Positions 11,745 to 25,284 of a DNA stretch of 64,000 bases are shown here, one piece after another. The position numbers and the translations under genes were made by a program. Every line of letters begins with the position of its first letter. The stretch's first letter is position 1. The notes beneath the pieces are model-generated. The model made no database searches. It saw only the letters and a program-made list of their open reading frames with translations, and had not been told where the DNA came from. Source of the DNA: Octopus vulgaris (lineage: Eukaryota); assembly GCA_951406725.2 (NCBI GenBank), contig OX597830.1, positions 4,216,001 to 4,280,000 on the forward strand, written 5' to 3'.

Positions 11745-11896
11745 TACACACCTTACACATTCATATTTAAACATGTAAAGCCAAAACGTTATTATATCAG
11801 TCTTGATATTTCCTGAAGTGAAACAAAACCTGGATGAATTTCTTCGTCAGGAGAGAAAGCAAAAATGGTGGTGAAATATAATGCAGGATATTAAAA

Positions 11897-13255
11897 ATAA
11901 TAATAATAATAATTGTGTACAATGCTCAGGTGCACTACAACTCATCTAAAGTGTATATATAATCAGGTGTAGTTTCGACGGATTTCGGGAAGCATGAGGG
12001 CCTTAAAGGATGCAGTGTCATGGCAGTCAACAACTGATGCAGGCAGTTTATTCCACGCTTCAGCAACCCTGAGCGTGAAAAAATGTTTCCAAAAGTCATG
12101 GGAGCTGTGCTGCTTTCTGACTTTGTAGGCATGTCCACGTGTGTTAGACACATGGAGATCAAAAAGGTGTTCAGTGTTGTTGTTGGTGAGGTGGTTGATA
12201 ACCTTGTGGGTGTTTACCAAGTCCGTCGCCAGACGCCGGAGCTTCAGTGAATCCATGCCCAGGGAAACAAGGCGCTCAGAATATGGTAGGTGTCTGATGG
12301 AGGGTATGCGTTTGGTTGCACGTCTCTGGACAGATTCCAGGAGGTCAATGTTCTGAGCAAGATAGGGATTCCAAACTGATGATGCGAATTCCAAGTGTGG
12401 TCGTACCATAGCTGCATACAGTTTTAAATAGATGGCTGGAGAGCGGCTAACAAAAGTCTTGCTGAGTGATGCCAAGACACCCTTGGCCTTCTTGACAATT
12501 TTAGAGATATGCTTTGTCCAACGCAAATCACTGCTGACAGTGATGCCTAGGTCACGCTCGCAAGAGGATTTCTTGATATCAGTGTTGTGGAGGGAGTATG
12601 TGGACGCAGGGTTTTTTCTCCCAAAATGCATGGTGGTACACTTGTCCACAGCCAGTTTCAGTTGCCAGTCTGTGATCCATTGCTGCATTGTGTCTAGGTC
12701 TGATTGTAGGAAAGAGTTGTAGACATCAGGATCAGTCCTCTTGATTTCAAGGTACAGCTTGATGTCGTCTGCATATTTCAATACTGTGGCATTCTTTAAA
12801 TTGGCATCTATGTCATTAATGTATGCCACAAACAGGAGGGGACCAAGGACAGATCCCTGTGGTACACCCGATGACATCTCATATGGTGTAGAGTGCTGTC
12901 CTAGAACTGTGACTACCTCCTTTCGGCTGAGGATGAAGGATTTCAACCAGTTAAAATGGTCATCCCCCACACCCATTGCAGAGAGTTTCACCATAAGCCT
13001 TTTGTGTGGCACAGAGTTGAAAGCCTTAGCAAAGTCAAGGTAGACAACATCCACCCATGAGCCACTGTCAGTGATCTGAGTAATGTCCTCAAGGAACTCG
13101 ACAAGCTGGTCACTGCAGCTGGAGTTAGGGACAAATCCATATTGTGAGGGTCGGATGAGACTGTGAGAGCTCCAGAAGTTCCAGAGTGTTTCTCTGACAC
13201 ACGATTCCATCAGTTTTGCAATACAGCTAGTGAGATTGACTGGGCGATAGTTGTT
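11897..13255 (-). mobile_element. 5'-truncated CR1-group LINE with (ATT)n tail
   Basis: RT ORF, a ~50-nt 3' UTR and a (TAA)n tract at 11897-11913 on +. The sequence becomes abruptly AT-rich beyond ~13255. Confidence 0.95.
11963..13255 (-). CDS. LINE ORF2 reverse transcriptase domain plus C-terminus (truncated, frame intact)
   Basis: Motifs NNYRPVNLTSCIAKLME (extends the track ORF upstream), QYGF, VYLDFAKAFNSVPH, GVPQGSVLGPLLF, YADD, ERDLG, RPHLEFASSVWNPY, LESVQRRATK, TRGH, RVAEAWNKLP. No stop codon in ~430 codons. Confidence 0.95.
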   Translation of the reverse strand, partial: NNYRPVNLTSCIAKLMESCVRETLWNFWSSHSLIRPSQYGFVPNSSCSDQLVEFLEDITQITDSGSWVDVVYLDFAKAFNSVPHKRLMVKLSAMGVGDDHFNWLKSFILSRKEVVTVLGQHSTPYEMSSGVPQGSVLGPLLFVAYINDIDANLKNATVLKYADDIKLYLEIKRTDPDVYNSFLQSDLDTMQQWITDWQLKLAVDKCTTMHFGRKNPASTYSLHNTDIKKSSCERDLGITVSSDLRWTKHISKIVKKAKGVLASLSKTFVSRSPAIYLKLYAAMVRPHLEFASSVWNPYLAQNIDLLESVQRRATKRIPSIRHLPYSERLVSLGMDSLKLRRLATDLVNTHKVINHLTNNNTEHLFDLHVSNTRGHAYKVRKQHSSHDFWKHFFTLRVAEAWNKLPASVVDCHDTASFKALMLPEIRRNYT

Positions 13256-13857
13256 AAAGTTTTAGACAAATTTCATATTTTGCTCTAAGAAGTCTAGATT
13301 GTAAAAGACTTTGCAAAAAGAAATCAACAGATAGAAACTATTAATAAATAATTTTAAAATCAATTTACAATAATATGTTTGATGAAAATATTTCTGAATT
13401 AGAACTTGTTGTTTTTTTTCGTTTTTTGGATGGCAGGAACACTTTCATTGACTATTGGAACGAGCAAAGAAAATTGTTTAACAAAATCATTAAACAAAAT
13501 TTGAGCATATTTATTTATATTTTAATTTAGCATACCAAAATAGGAGCTTAGTCCTATATATTAGACTATAAATATGCTGGCATTATGGAATTAATGTTGA
13601 TATGTCTTTCTGAAAGCACCGTAGTGGCAAGGTCAAAGGTTATGCTGGAATTCTAACTTGGGGTCAGACAAACTGCTTATTGAATTCTTGTTGAATTCTT
13701 ATTCAAATCAATTTCAAAAAGTGCCAAAGGTGAAATAATTTAGGAAACTCTTGTGATCTGCCATATGTAATTTGAGTTGAAATGATTTTACAAAATGAAA
13801 TACTTATTACGAAAATTGACTATTAAAAGTTATCTGAAATCAAATTGCAGTAACGAG

Positions 13858-14243
13858 GAGCAGGCATGGCTACATGGAAAGAAGTTTGCTTCCCAACCAC
13901 AACCACATGGTTTTAGGTTCAGTCCCACTGCGTGGCATCTTGGGCTAGTATCTTCTACTATAGCCAGCCAAAGCCTTATGAGTGGATTTGGTAGATGGAA
14001 ACTGAAAGAAGCCAGCCATATGTGTGTATAAGTGTGTGAGTTCTTGTGTCTGTGTTGGTCCCCCACCATCAATTGACAACCAGTGTTGGTGTATTTCCAT
14101 CACTGTAACTTAGCAGTTTGGCAAAAGAGGCCGATAGAATAAGTAGCAGCCTTAAACTATTAAGTCCGGGGGTTGATTCATTTAACTAAAATTCTTCGTG
14201 CTCCAGCATGACTACAGTCTGATGACTGAAACAAACAGAAAGA
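13858..14243 (+). mobile_element. SINE family A
   Basis: ggcatggct...aagtttgcttcccaaccaca..tggttttaggttcagtcccactgcgtggcatcttgggc...tgactgaaacaa tail. Confidence 0.9.
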
Positions 14244-16749
14244 TACATATATATAAAGATATATATATATATATATATGTGTGTGTATGTGTGTGTGTAT
14301 ATATATACATTTATATATATGTATGCACATGCATTATTTTGATGTATATTTACTTACACACTCATTCACACACACTCACAGGCACACACCTTATTTGCCA
14401 TCTTCTACAATTTCATAGTTATTATCTTACCCACTGGTCATTACATTTCAAGTACATTCAAATCTATGTCGATATTTAACCATACACTCCTCTCATGCTT
14501 CATACTATACAATGTTACTGAATTATCTTGAGATTTCTTCATCTTCATCTAAATGATCTGTATACAGACATCTACATATATCTACTTTATTTTTCTCTTA
14601 CAGTGACAGATATATAAACTATCTATCAAGTTGGACACAATTAAATTCTGTTCTGGAGTTAGAATTCTATTTGTCAAAAGAGATTGCCTTTGGTAAGTTA
14701 ATCTTTGCATTTAATACAATTCTACCAGTTTTGAATATTTTAAAGTTTCATGAGTTATAATATAAACAAATTTCTTCAGATTAACACTCTCAGGAAAAAT
14801 TAACCATGTTTTCTTTTATGGTACCAGAAAAAAATGTTAATATTCTCTTTCATACCTCATGATTTTATAACATATGTAATATGCCTAGGGTGTATCTGAA
14901 GAAAATGATAATTCCGTTGAGAACTCAATATACAATTATGTGGAATGCATAGTTTATTTTGATAAGATTATGGAAAGTTACTCCATTTCATGGATCCAGA
15001 AGATTTGAATATATTTGATAAAAATGTTTTAAAACCCTTTGAGCAATGTAGGTAAGAAGTTAGAGAAAATAGGTAAGACGATGTTAGTAGATGAAAACAA
15101 AGAGAAGATATTGTATTACTTTACCATGATGTTTAATATTTTGGGAAAGATTCCCTCTTTTCAAATATGAGAAAAAATAATCCAAGAGTTTAGAGGATAA
15201 GTGTTGTCATACACACACATACATAATTTTCTTCAGTTTAACACAATCAGGAAGAATTAACTTTTGTGTTTTATGGAACAAAACCAACCATTTACATTCA
15301 TTTTCTTTCTTCATGATTTTAAAATAACAAATCAGTATAAATATTTGTTTTCATAAAAATGATATTTCTATAAATAGTATAGCAATAATATAATAATAAT
15401 TTCTATAAATAATACATCATATTTCTAGTGAAGTTGTTAGTGAAGTAGCCTGTTGGTGAGAAAATCAACAGTTTGTATCCCATATCAAGTACTGATCTGT
15501 AACAGTGGACATAACACTTAATTTTCCTTGGTGTAGTCTATCTAGTTGTAAATAGGTACCATGTAGAATTAATGAATGGATCAGAAATTTCAGTGCTAAA
15601 AGGAAACCGTCACATGTTATGATGTGAATATAAAAAGAGAAAGAAACCTCTTGAACATTCATTGATGGATACATCTAATTAGAATATGTCATCTAATTGA
15701 CTCTAATTGACTTGAATTAGATAAATAAATATTGATTAATTGAAAAAAAAAACATAAAAGGGTTCTTAATGAATGTATGTTGCTTCATTTTTTCTTGTAA
15801 TTTCCATTTTTTTTTAATTACTGAAAGACGAAAGATTAAAGAGTTGTTATTTTGATTTTATTGAAATAATTGTTATTTAAATGTTGTTGTTTTTTAATAT
15901 AAATAATTTCCATGTTCTTGAGTGGTTCATCTTTGTTTTTCAAAATATGTAAAATATCTTGAAGAATCTAGCTCAGTATAAATTGTTAGAACTTTTGGCA
16001 TACATTCCCAGAACAGAGTTTTGTGAAGTTTAGTTTTAACCTTGGTATTTTAAACACTTCAACAATTTTCTTATGATTAACAATAAATATCATGTACAGC
16101 CTAGTTCTGACCTTATTACAAACCATACATACAGTTTAGTTTCTGGTCTTAATACAATATGCATCACCAATAGTTTTGTTTTGGCTTTATTATTGTACAT
16201 ATCATGCAAAATCTAGTCTTGTATTCTAATATAAAACAGTAAAATAAAACTTGAGTGAAATATTGCACATCAAACATTTCTCAGCAATAAAATCCTCATT
16301 TTGTAATTGTAATTAGTATTTTGAATTTCTCTCAGCTTTATTGTTTATCTCAGGAGAGTTTCTCTAAAAGAACATATAAGAAATGGAATGAATTTCTAAA
16401 TGTACTCCTCAAACAAGAAACAACACTCACAATTTTAGGTTACATTCAGTTGATCATTTTTATTCCTATCGACTTCACTGTTTCTAGTTTGTTTATCCTA
16501 CCAAATGCCTTCAGCCTATTCTTCCAGTGTTATTGCTCCCAAAAGAGATTTTATTAGCATTACAATGACAACCAGCATTGTTGCTAACTCTATTACAAAA
16601 TGTACTGAGAAGATAATATTTCTTTGTTGTTATACAAAACAAAAGAAAAAATGTAAACATGGTAAAAAAGACAAATATTCGCATTTATGCTAATGTGGCT
16701 GTGTGTATACAGTCATCTCATTGCCAGAACTGCATTCCTTGTTCTGAAC

Positions 16750-17400
16750 AAAGATCACAATTGGTTAGATGGTGCCTACTGCATGGAATGTTGTCATGAA
16801 CTTGCAGTCTTCCAACATTTGGAGAGACTGACGAGCAGAACTTTCATGTAAGCATTTTATAGAGAAGTAGGGATGAGGAAATACTTTCAGGGTCAAATTT
16901 GCATGCTGACAAGAATGAGCTAAACTGGCTGATTTGTTTTGAAGGATTGTCAGTTCAGGTAGAATGGATAACTTCCAGAAATCCCCGGTTTACCACTGTT
17001 CAGGGAATATTGCTGCTTTGAGATAAATAGACAGATATAGAAGTGCCTGCAACCAGGTCTGAGATATGTACACAGCACCAAAATTCTTCTGCAAGAGGTC
17101 TTTCAGGGTCTGAGCATTGCTGACTCAGGGAATTGTGTTGAATAGATGTTGTTTTGTGAAGGATCAATCAGCTGATTCAATTGGAGGTGGAGGGTCGCTC
17201 TGAAAACTTCCTTTGGATGAGGACAAAACAGTTTTGTTTTGTCTCTGTGGATAAACAAGACTAGAAGGATGGAAGACAGACATTTCCATTTTCAACCCAA
17301 CCCTCTCATTGACTTTTCACTTTTCACTTAAAGAAAAAGGTGAAGGTGGAGAGTGAGTTGTTGACCCTGGCCCAAGTGAATGTGTTCAGAGGCCCAACAT
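16750..17400 (+). pseudogene. Probable decayed L1/Tx1-type LINE ORF2 3' end
   Basis: GC-richer block. Fragments ..DKTVLFCL..TRLEGWKTD...LIDF..FHLKKKVKVESELL resemble recalled Tx1-like C-termini. Many stops and frameshifts. Confidence 0.4.
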
Positions 17401-18189
17401 GGTTTGCTATCCTCCAAAGTAAAGCAACTATTGTTGGATAACTGAGCTTTTTCTTACCATTTTATCATACTTTCTTTTGAAATTTTGCTCTTAGGCAACT
17501 ACGCTTGTGGCTCCAATTGCACGACATTACGAAATGTTCTTGCTCTCAATAGGCACCTGTCACTAATACAGATGGAAGAGACCAATTATCCTTCCTAATC
17601 AGAGTAATCAATACTATACAGGGATTCTTTGATTGGTTCTAGGTGGCACACTTTTTCTTAAGACTTACTCATATATATTTATTGTGTGTACTTTCACTTG
17701 TTTTTATTTCATTTCATTTTTATGAAAAGTTCCCCCCTCCTCCTGTTTTGCAGCCTCTTGCTATTATCTCAGCTCTTTCATTGTTTTTATGGCAATACAT
17801 AAAAAAAAGAAATCATTATCCTTATTATTATTGAACTATGTACTGTTTACTCTCGTATTGTATTAGTCATTAAGGTGCAAGTTGCAAAAAACTGATAAAC
17901 CTACTCTTGTATGGTATCGTGGCTTTGTATGAAAAAATAAAACTGAAGAGAAACTTGTTTTCACAGCTCTGTGGAGGAATATAATTCTGGGTGTTTTTAT
18001 TCAGCACATTATTAATGTTATGACAGAAAAAGATAGTTTTGAAACAAAGTCAACCAAAGAAGGAACAATGAAAGATAAAACAGAGAATGGTACACGAGCA
18101 ATTTCATTATGTTGAAGGATATAAAAGAAACGGAATAAAAGAACAAGGTTTGCACTTTCAGAAACACGAGTGCATGTAATTATGTGTAG

Positions 18190-18238
18190 GCACACACACG
18201 CACATACACACACAGGTGCACACACATGCATACACACG

Positions 18239-18274
<36 letters not shown>

Positions 18275-18355
18275 AACATGCACACACACATACACATGCA
18301 CACACACACACATATGCATGCAAACACACTTGCACACACACATACATACACACAG
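18190..18355. repeat. Degenerate (CA)n microsatellite
   Basis: Directly visible. Confidence 0.95.
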
Positions 18356-18454
18356 AGCCAGTCTCACTGTCTCTCTCCCTCTTAAAAGTCACGTATTTTC
18401 ATGAAGATAATCTCTCTCTATTCTTACACACACACACACACACATACACATATT

Positions 18455-18895
18455 GACTTGATGGAACCACGAACACAAAGTGATTGAAATTACAATTTTA
18501 GCCAAATATTTGGTGATGAAAGTTTCAAAATTGTACTGAATCAAGCTTACAGTCCTGCAGGAAGAAGAAGGGTTTGATGAGGCCCATGAAGTTAAGTGTG
18601 CCAAGTAGGAGCACTTTCTGCAGGATTGCAAGAAGAGATGGCAGTTATGGTTTTTCCAAGTCGACCTCGACTGTAAGGGATTCTCTGCTGAATGGTCATG
18701 GAGGATGATTACAACCACTGCAATGAAGAGTGGTTATGTGCAGAATGGGAGAGGCAGCAGAGAGGTTATAGAGCAAGAGAGAGGAGTTAAAATGGAAGCC
18801 AGGGGGAGATGATTAGCAGGGATTTGGCCATCCTTGCTGACTCACCATCAGGAGGGTGCTGCAGTTGATGATCGCTGGATACTGTCTGATGACAT
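18455..18895 (+). pseudogene. Decayed restriction-like endonuclease end of a HERO/NeSL-type LINE
   Basis: IKLTVLQEEEGFDEAHEVKCAK*EHFLQDCKKRWQLWFFQVDLDCKGFSAEWSWRM aligns by eye to IELTVPWEE..EAHERK..KY..L..C...GW.....VEVGCRGF. Confidence 0.65.
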
Positions 18896-21800
18896 GAATT
18901 CCCCTGCTAAAATTCCATTCACTTTGGTAAATGGAAAAGCAGCACCATTTTCTAGGTGTTATCAATAGCTTAATATTTATGTGTACATGTGTGTGAAGAT
19001 TCATGTTTATAAGCACATTATGTGTGTGTAAATTGTAGCCATGTGTGTGTGTGTTTGTGTGTGTTCATATACAGTTGTATATATTTGTATAAAACAAGAA
19101 AATCATGAAATCATGAGCATTTTGGCTGAGGATACAGAGATGATGCTTATAAACCTTGTAAGATATTATACACTGCATGGACTTGTATGAAATACCATTA
19201 TAGAACATAGAAGCAAGCAGGGAACAATTGTGGAAATAAAAAAGTATGCAGTTTGCTCGTCTTTATATATGAATAAGAAATTGCTTAGAATTACACTATC
19301 AAACTGACGAATGGAATAGATGTTTAGGGAGCTGTTACAGCTGATAGATTGGTCAGTTTACATGTGTCAGAGAAAAGAATAAAAAAACGTAAGATGTGTG
19401 TGTGTGTGTGTGTGTGTGTGTATTGTTGATTGCATGGATTAGTGTTGTGCAACCAGTTGCAGCATTGTGAAGAGAGGAAATTGATACAATACCTTCAGTT
19501 ATCTCTCTTTCTCTTCCACATTTCTCTCCTGAAGGATATCCAAATGATATTCTGAAAGGATACAATCTAGCAGAGAATAAATAACTGAACAATAGAGATG
19601 AAAGCAAACGGAAAAGGAAAAAAGAAGTGAAAAAGTTGTGAAAGCATTCATAGTTGAATGTAACTCCCTCCATCCCCACCCCCCACCAGTCATTACATCT
19701 CTTGTAAGGCAAGGCTCTTCTAAATAAAGTGGGGAATAAATTATTTCATACCTGCTGGTGTTGTCAGGCTAGATTAGCAATGGGTCAAACTGTTATAAAA
19801 CTGTATGTAACCTTGTGAGGAAAAAATAAAATGAGGAACTGCTAAAACATAAATTGCCTCTGATTCCTGAAACATTCCAGAAAACATCAACAATGGAATG
19901 GTGAAATAAAAAGAGACCCTTGAAGTTTGATCCTGTTTTAGTTCCAGAGCAATTCTTAGGAACCTAGATGAATCCATTATTAAAGAAAATTATCCCCGAC
20001 AATTTTTACTGAGAAAAAATTGTATGAGATAAAAAAAGTTGTTCTAATTTGTACCAATTCTTCTTCTAATGTAATCCCAGATTATGAACCTTAGAATGGC
20101 ATTGAAATTTAGGTACCTACTAAAATTTCTTCATGCTGGGCACATGTAAGCATTAGCTTGGAACATGAATTTGTTTCTCTGTAAAGTGTGTGGAGCTGTT
20201 CATAAGGTTAGGTACAATGCTATAATGGAAGTAAAGAATCACAAGAGAAGCTTTGGGAAAGGCCAAGGATGATCTTCAAAAGATCTTTTTGGGAGTGTTT
20301 TGCATCAGGCTTTTAAATTTTCTAGGTATTTCTGATTTGAAAGTGATGCTTGCTTTGGCAAACACAAGGGCAAGTATTTCTGCATAATAGAATAAAAAAA
20401 AAAGAGATTATTGTGGTGTTTTTGAAACAGATCTGAGTTGTAAGGGTCAAAAACTATACTTGATACTTTTCAGTATGATTCATCGATTATAAGATATTGA
20501 GGATGTTCCAACAATTTTAAGTTCATTTCCAAAAATGCAGTAACTTGTCTGTCTACAAACCAAGCATTAAATCCATTGAACCATGCTACTGATGAAAGGA
20601 TGATGTAATATATCCAGAAAGGTTACTTTGGGAGAGCACGTTTGACTGACAGGAGAGCCATTTGATTTTTGGAAACCTGAAAACATTTCATGGATCTTTC
20701 AGCCTACTCTGAGAAGAGCAATTAACAGGAAAAGATAACTTAAGAGATATGTTCACATGCCAGAAGTACATTTTTGCAGAGACTGGGCTAATGATACACA
20801 TCCACAATTTGTATTAAAGAAGTTTATCTTTCTTTAAATTAGACATATAAGTAAATGTCATATTGGTATGACCAACTCGATTCTGATTTATGATGTTTGT
20901 CTTATACATACAGAGTGAATTTTTTTCATGTTTATTAGCCTTTGGCTTCTCTAAAAAGATTCTACTCTCAACTGTGCAAACATTTTTTCTAATGCTATCT
21001 TTTCCTCTTAGCAGTCTTGTATCAAATGATAAAAACTTTACATTTCATTATAAGTCAGGTATTCTTTTTATTGGTGGATAATTGAACAACATCAGTTTCA
21101 TAATCACTTTTAATTATAGTGATTTGATTTCCATTCCAGTCTATAGCAAACATGATATGTTAATTTTAAGGCGATATTACATTTAAGTATGTTGCCAACC
21201 ATCCTGCAACAATTATATCTTTGTTCATCATTTCCAATTTGCCAAAGTATTGAAACCGAATAGCTTTTTGAATGTTTATTCTATAGGCAGTTTTAGTTTG
21301 TAAATATTGTTATTAAAACAGGTATTGATTTAAATCAATGCTCAAAAACATCTACTTAAAAACAATCAAAGAATAACGTTTTAGATCAAACCACAATTCA
21401 TTAATTGCATTATTTAAAATATTCTTGACTATATTTCAACTTATCTTACATAAATGTTTGATTTAAATTGTTAATTGAATTATTCCTTTCTAAGTCTTAC
21501 CAAAATTACATATGAATTATTTAGTTAATTGATTTTGACTTATAGTGATCGTCTTCTGCAATTTATCAAGAACATCTAATTTCAATGAGAAAATTAATGT
21601 TATTCATTAGAAGTAAGAATTACTAAAACATTTTTAATTATTGTAACAACAGTCTTTTAGAAACCTACTCCAGATGTTAAAGCATCTGTTATTAACTGAA
21701 AGAATCTATGAAGGTATTTGAAATCACAAAGTTTATACCTCTAAAAAAAATTATCATTGATTGAGAAAACTTGGGTTGGAGCATTTGACGAGAAGATTAG

Positions 21801-23611
21801 TTATCATTAGCCACAGTGGATGCTGTGTCCTCTTTGTTTTCTTTTTCTTTCTTAATTTGGGCCTCTCAGGAATTCCATAGTTCAAGCAAACATATTTTTT
21901 CTACAGCTAGTCCATTTTCTTTTATGAAAAGTTAATAATAGAGTATATCTTTGACTTGATTCAATATTTTGACAAAATTTTCACCTCTGCCAGACCAATG
22001 AACAATTGACATTGACTTCAGCTAAAATTAAAATAACATCATTTATTAAAAATTTAAGGAATGGAAAAAGCCCTTGCAACTATAAACTCTAGACAAATTC
22101 TTTAAAAATAATGATTATTATGTGACGACTGTAGATGTAAAGTAAAATTCCACAACCTTAATTGCAAAAATAATTAACATTATTTCTATTTTTTTAATGA
22201 ATTTTCCAGTTTTAGTCTATATGGGATTATTTTGCATGCATTAGTACAAAAATTGTTGAAAGCTTGAGTTTTGAATAACTGTAAAATAGATAATATAATA
22301 TTTAGAGAGATATATGTTTTATAAATGAACAAAGTCAAGGACATGAGGGAATTGTAAGATGAACAATGCTATCATTCAACATGGCTTTACTTCTAAAGAG
22401 TGTCAAAACAGCAAAATACTGCAATCAGCTACTTATTTTTCTAAAATCAGCCAAGTATATTGGTGAGACTCAAAACTTGACAACATAATATGATGTATAT
22501 AATACACAGCATTATGTGTGTATGTGTGCAATACTTGTGTATGTATAAAATAATGTTATATTAAATCACTATGTATCTAAGTGCATCAATATTTGGAGAA
22601 CAAAGGAATAAATTACTGCTTTATATTCATTTGAAATTGGAATAAGTAACAAGAAAACATTTAGCAGCAATTATTACATGAAAGCATTGCATTTTGTTTC
22701 TGCAATCTTCAAAGAGAATCACAATTCTCAAAGGCATTTTTATATTGTAATTGAAAATACTCACAAACTTTGTAATTTAATATGGAAAAGTGAGATTGGA
22801 AGATGAAAGTATAAATAGTAATATTTAGTAAGATTCCAATGTTTTGAATAAAAAATAAATTGTTTTAATTTTTCTTCAACATAGCAGAAAATATATAAAA
22901 AAATTATAAAGCAAAGTTAAAAATATCAATTAAAAACATTAATTTCAAAATATTATATTTCTCTTCATCAAATGGACTTTTTCTGTAGAAATGTTACAGA
23001 ATAATGAATTTGACCAGATTTTAAAGAAATATTCGTGAGAAAGAAATTTTCATGTGATGCATGGAATTGGTAATTAGTAATTAAATGTAAATTTCCAGAA
23101 TTCTCCAACTTAAACTTGGCAACTGGTGAGAGACAGGTTTTGATAAAGACATTAATGAATATGTCCTATAACAGGAAAAAAAGGGTGTGGCCTGTGTGTC
23201 AGTTCTGTAATATATTTATATTGATATAAGCACACAAGACATACTCTTTCCTCACCGAAAATCTGATGTCACCATTCTTTTCTGGAAACTCCTATTATTT
23301 CCAATATGTGAAGAAAAAAGGTCTTAAGATTATTTTATTATTTATTCATCCTACTGGGACTAATAAACTAAGTACCAGTAATTCGATGGGGTGTGACTAT
23401 GTAAAAACTCATTGTTTCTGTGAGTAGAAAAATTGCTCACTTGGATTAAGTGTGGTGGTAGGGAGGTTGGGGATAATTGCAGTTCTGCAGAGAAGTGTTC
23501 ATTTCATGATTTCAAACTAAACGAACAAAACTAGTTCACTTGAAATGCAGAATCTAAAAATTTCAAATGGAACATCTTCAAAAGATTTTAGGAAAAAAAA
23601 TTTGAAAAAAT

Positions 23612-23616
<5 letters not shown>

Positions 23617-23648
<32 letters not shown>

Positions 23649-23680
23649 TAATAATGATGATGATGATGATGATGATGATA
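23617..23680. repeat. (AAT)n-(GAT)n microsatellite
   Basis: Directly visible. Confidence 0.95.
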
Positions 23681-24919
23681 ATTTTTTGTCATCATTTATC
23701 TTCATAGTGAACATCATGATATGTATAGCATTAGAACTTCACTGACATTTTTTTCCCCAGATAAGATTCAAGGAGTATTTAAAACAGAAAATATTTACAC
23801 TTTAAGTTTCTACACTTTGTGCCATCATATAAAGGCCCAAGAAAGAAAACAAACTTACTATTTATTTTTAAAATAATTTAAATTAGTATTTTTTTTTAAA
23901 ATTGTACAAAAAACAAAACTAATTTTAAGTGTAACATCTTGAGAGAGTAAAATTAAACATTTTTTCATTTACCTTTTAGCTATTTATTTATTTGTTTATT
24001 ATTATTTTCCCAGTTTTATTCTCTTTCTTTTATTCTTCTCAGAGAAAGTTCCAGCAAGTCTGGGGAATCTAATGATTTTATAAAATCGGAAATACATCAC
24101 AAGATTTTATTTTATTTTTATAGCCATATTTGAAACAATTCATTTTGTACAGTTTAGTTTTATCATTTCTTTTAAAATCAGTATAAAAAAAAAAAGAAGA
24201 GAAAGAAAGAAAAAAACCAAAAATGTTATTTTTAACATTTATTTTCTTTCTGAAGCAAGTTCTGAAGAATGATAATTGGAAACAGTAGATTTTAACAGGA
24301 ATCAATAAAGAAGGCTGGTTAAGTAGACACAGCATAAGTGAGCTCTTAAATACAAGTTTAAATTACTCAAGAGATGAGAGCTCCCATAGAGATATTTGGA
24401 AAAGAAAATAAGACTAAAAAATATCTGGCATTATAAAACATTGAAACACAATGTTCATTTACTACATTCTAAACCTTTTTGCTATGATAACATTTGAAAA
24501 ATTATTACAAATTCTGATGAAGTTTTCAAATTGGATTAATTTTTTCTAAGTGTTTATTTACAAATTGTTTTATGTTGCCATAAAGCATACCCTCATAACA
24601 TTTAAATCCACTCAAATACACAAATCTTATTACTACAAATAGATACTTCTATGGTTTTAACTTCTACTCTAGATTTATTTATGAAGGTTGTGGGCGTGGG
24701 TTATCCTGCCATGAGTCTCTCGCTACATCACTTCTCCACCAAGCATTTATAAGTGTTTGGCAGATTTCCGTTTCCCAACCGAATTTCACTTTACCCGCCC
24801 CCACTGGAAAAGCTAAAGACACATCAATTTCCCTTGTACCCTCCCCCAAAAATCCAACACGTTTTTCCTTTTCTTTATTTTATTCTTATTTTCAGAACCA
24901 CATTCACTTACACACATGC

Positions 24920-24961
<42 letters not shown>

Positions 24962-25108
24962 TATAGGTTTCTTTCAGTTTCCATCTAACATATCACTCCT
25001 CAAGGCTTTGATTAGCCTAGTGTTATAGTAGACTCTTACTCAAGATGCCATGCAAAGCGACTGAAGCCAGATGGTTGGGAAGCAAACTTCTTAACCACAT
25101 AGCCATCC
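24962..25108 (-). mobile_element. SINE family A, 5' half, followed by a ~245-bp (TA/TG)n tract (25109-25350)
   Basis: ttctttcagtttcc.tcta...caaggctttg...atggttgggaagcaaacttcttaaccacatagccat. Confidence 0.8.
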
Positions 25109-25230
25109 TATATATATTTATATATATATATAAATATATATATACATATACACACATTTATATACATGTATATATATGTGTATATATATGTGTGTATATA
25201 TATATGTTTATATATATATATATATGTATG

Positions 25231-25284
<54 letters not shown>

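Noticed and set aside
11790-11860. Minus-strand CTGACGA...GAAA-TATCA agac TGATA-TA hammerhead-like string
   Set aside because: Stem III is plausible, but there is no stem I partner and no properly closed stem II.
12141-13043. Antisense ORFs overlapping the LINE RT
   Set aside because: Expected by-product of a GC-richer open frame on the other strand; no recognisable protein.
19790-20800. Purine-rich block that looks like decayed coding sequence (similarly 27880-28500 and 45050-45550)
   Set aside because: No family motif could be recognised by eye; needs a translated search.
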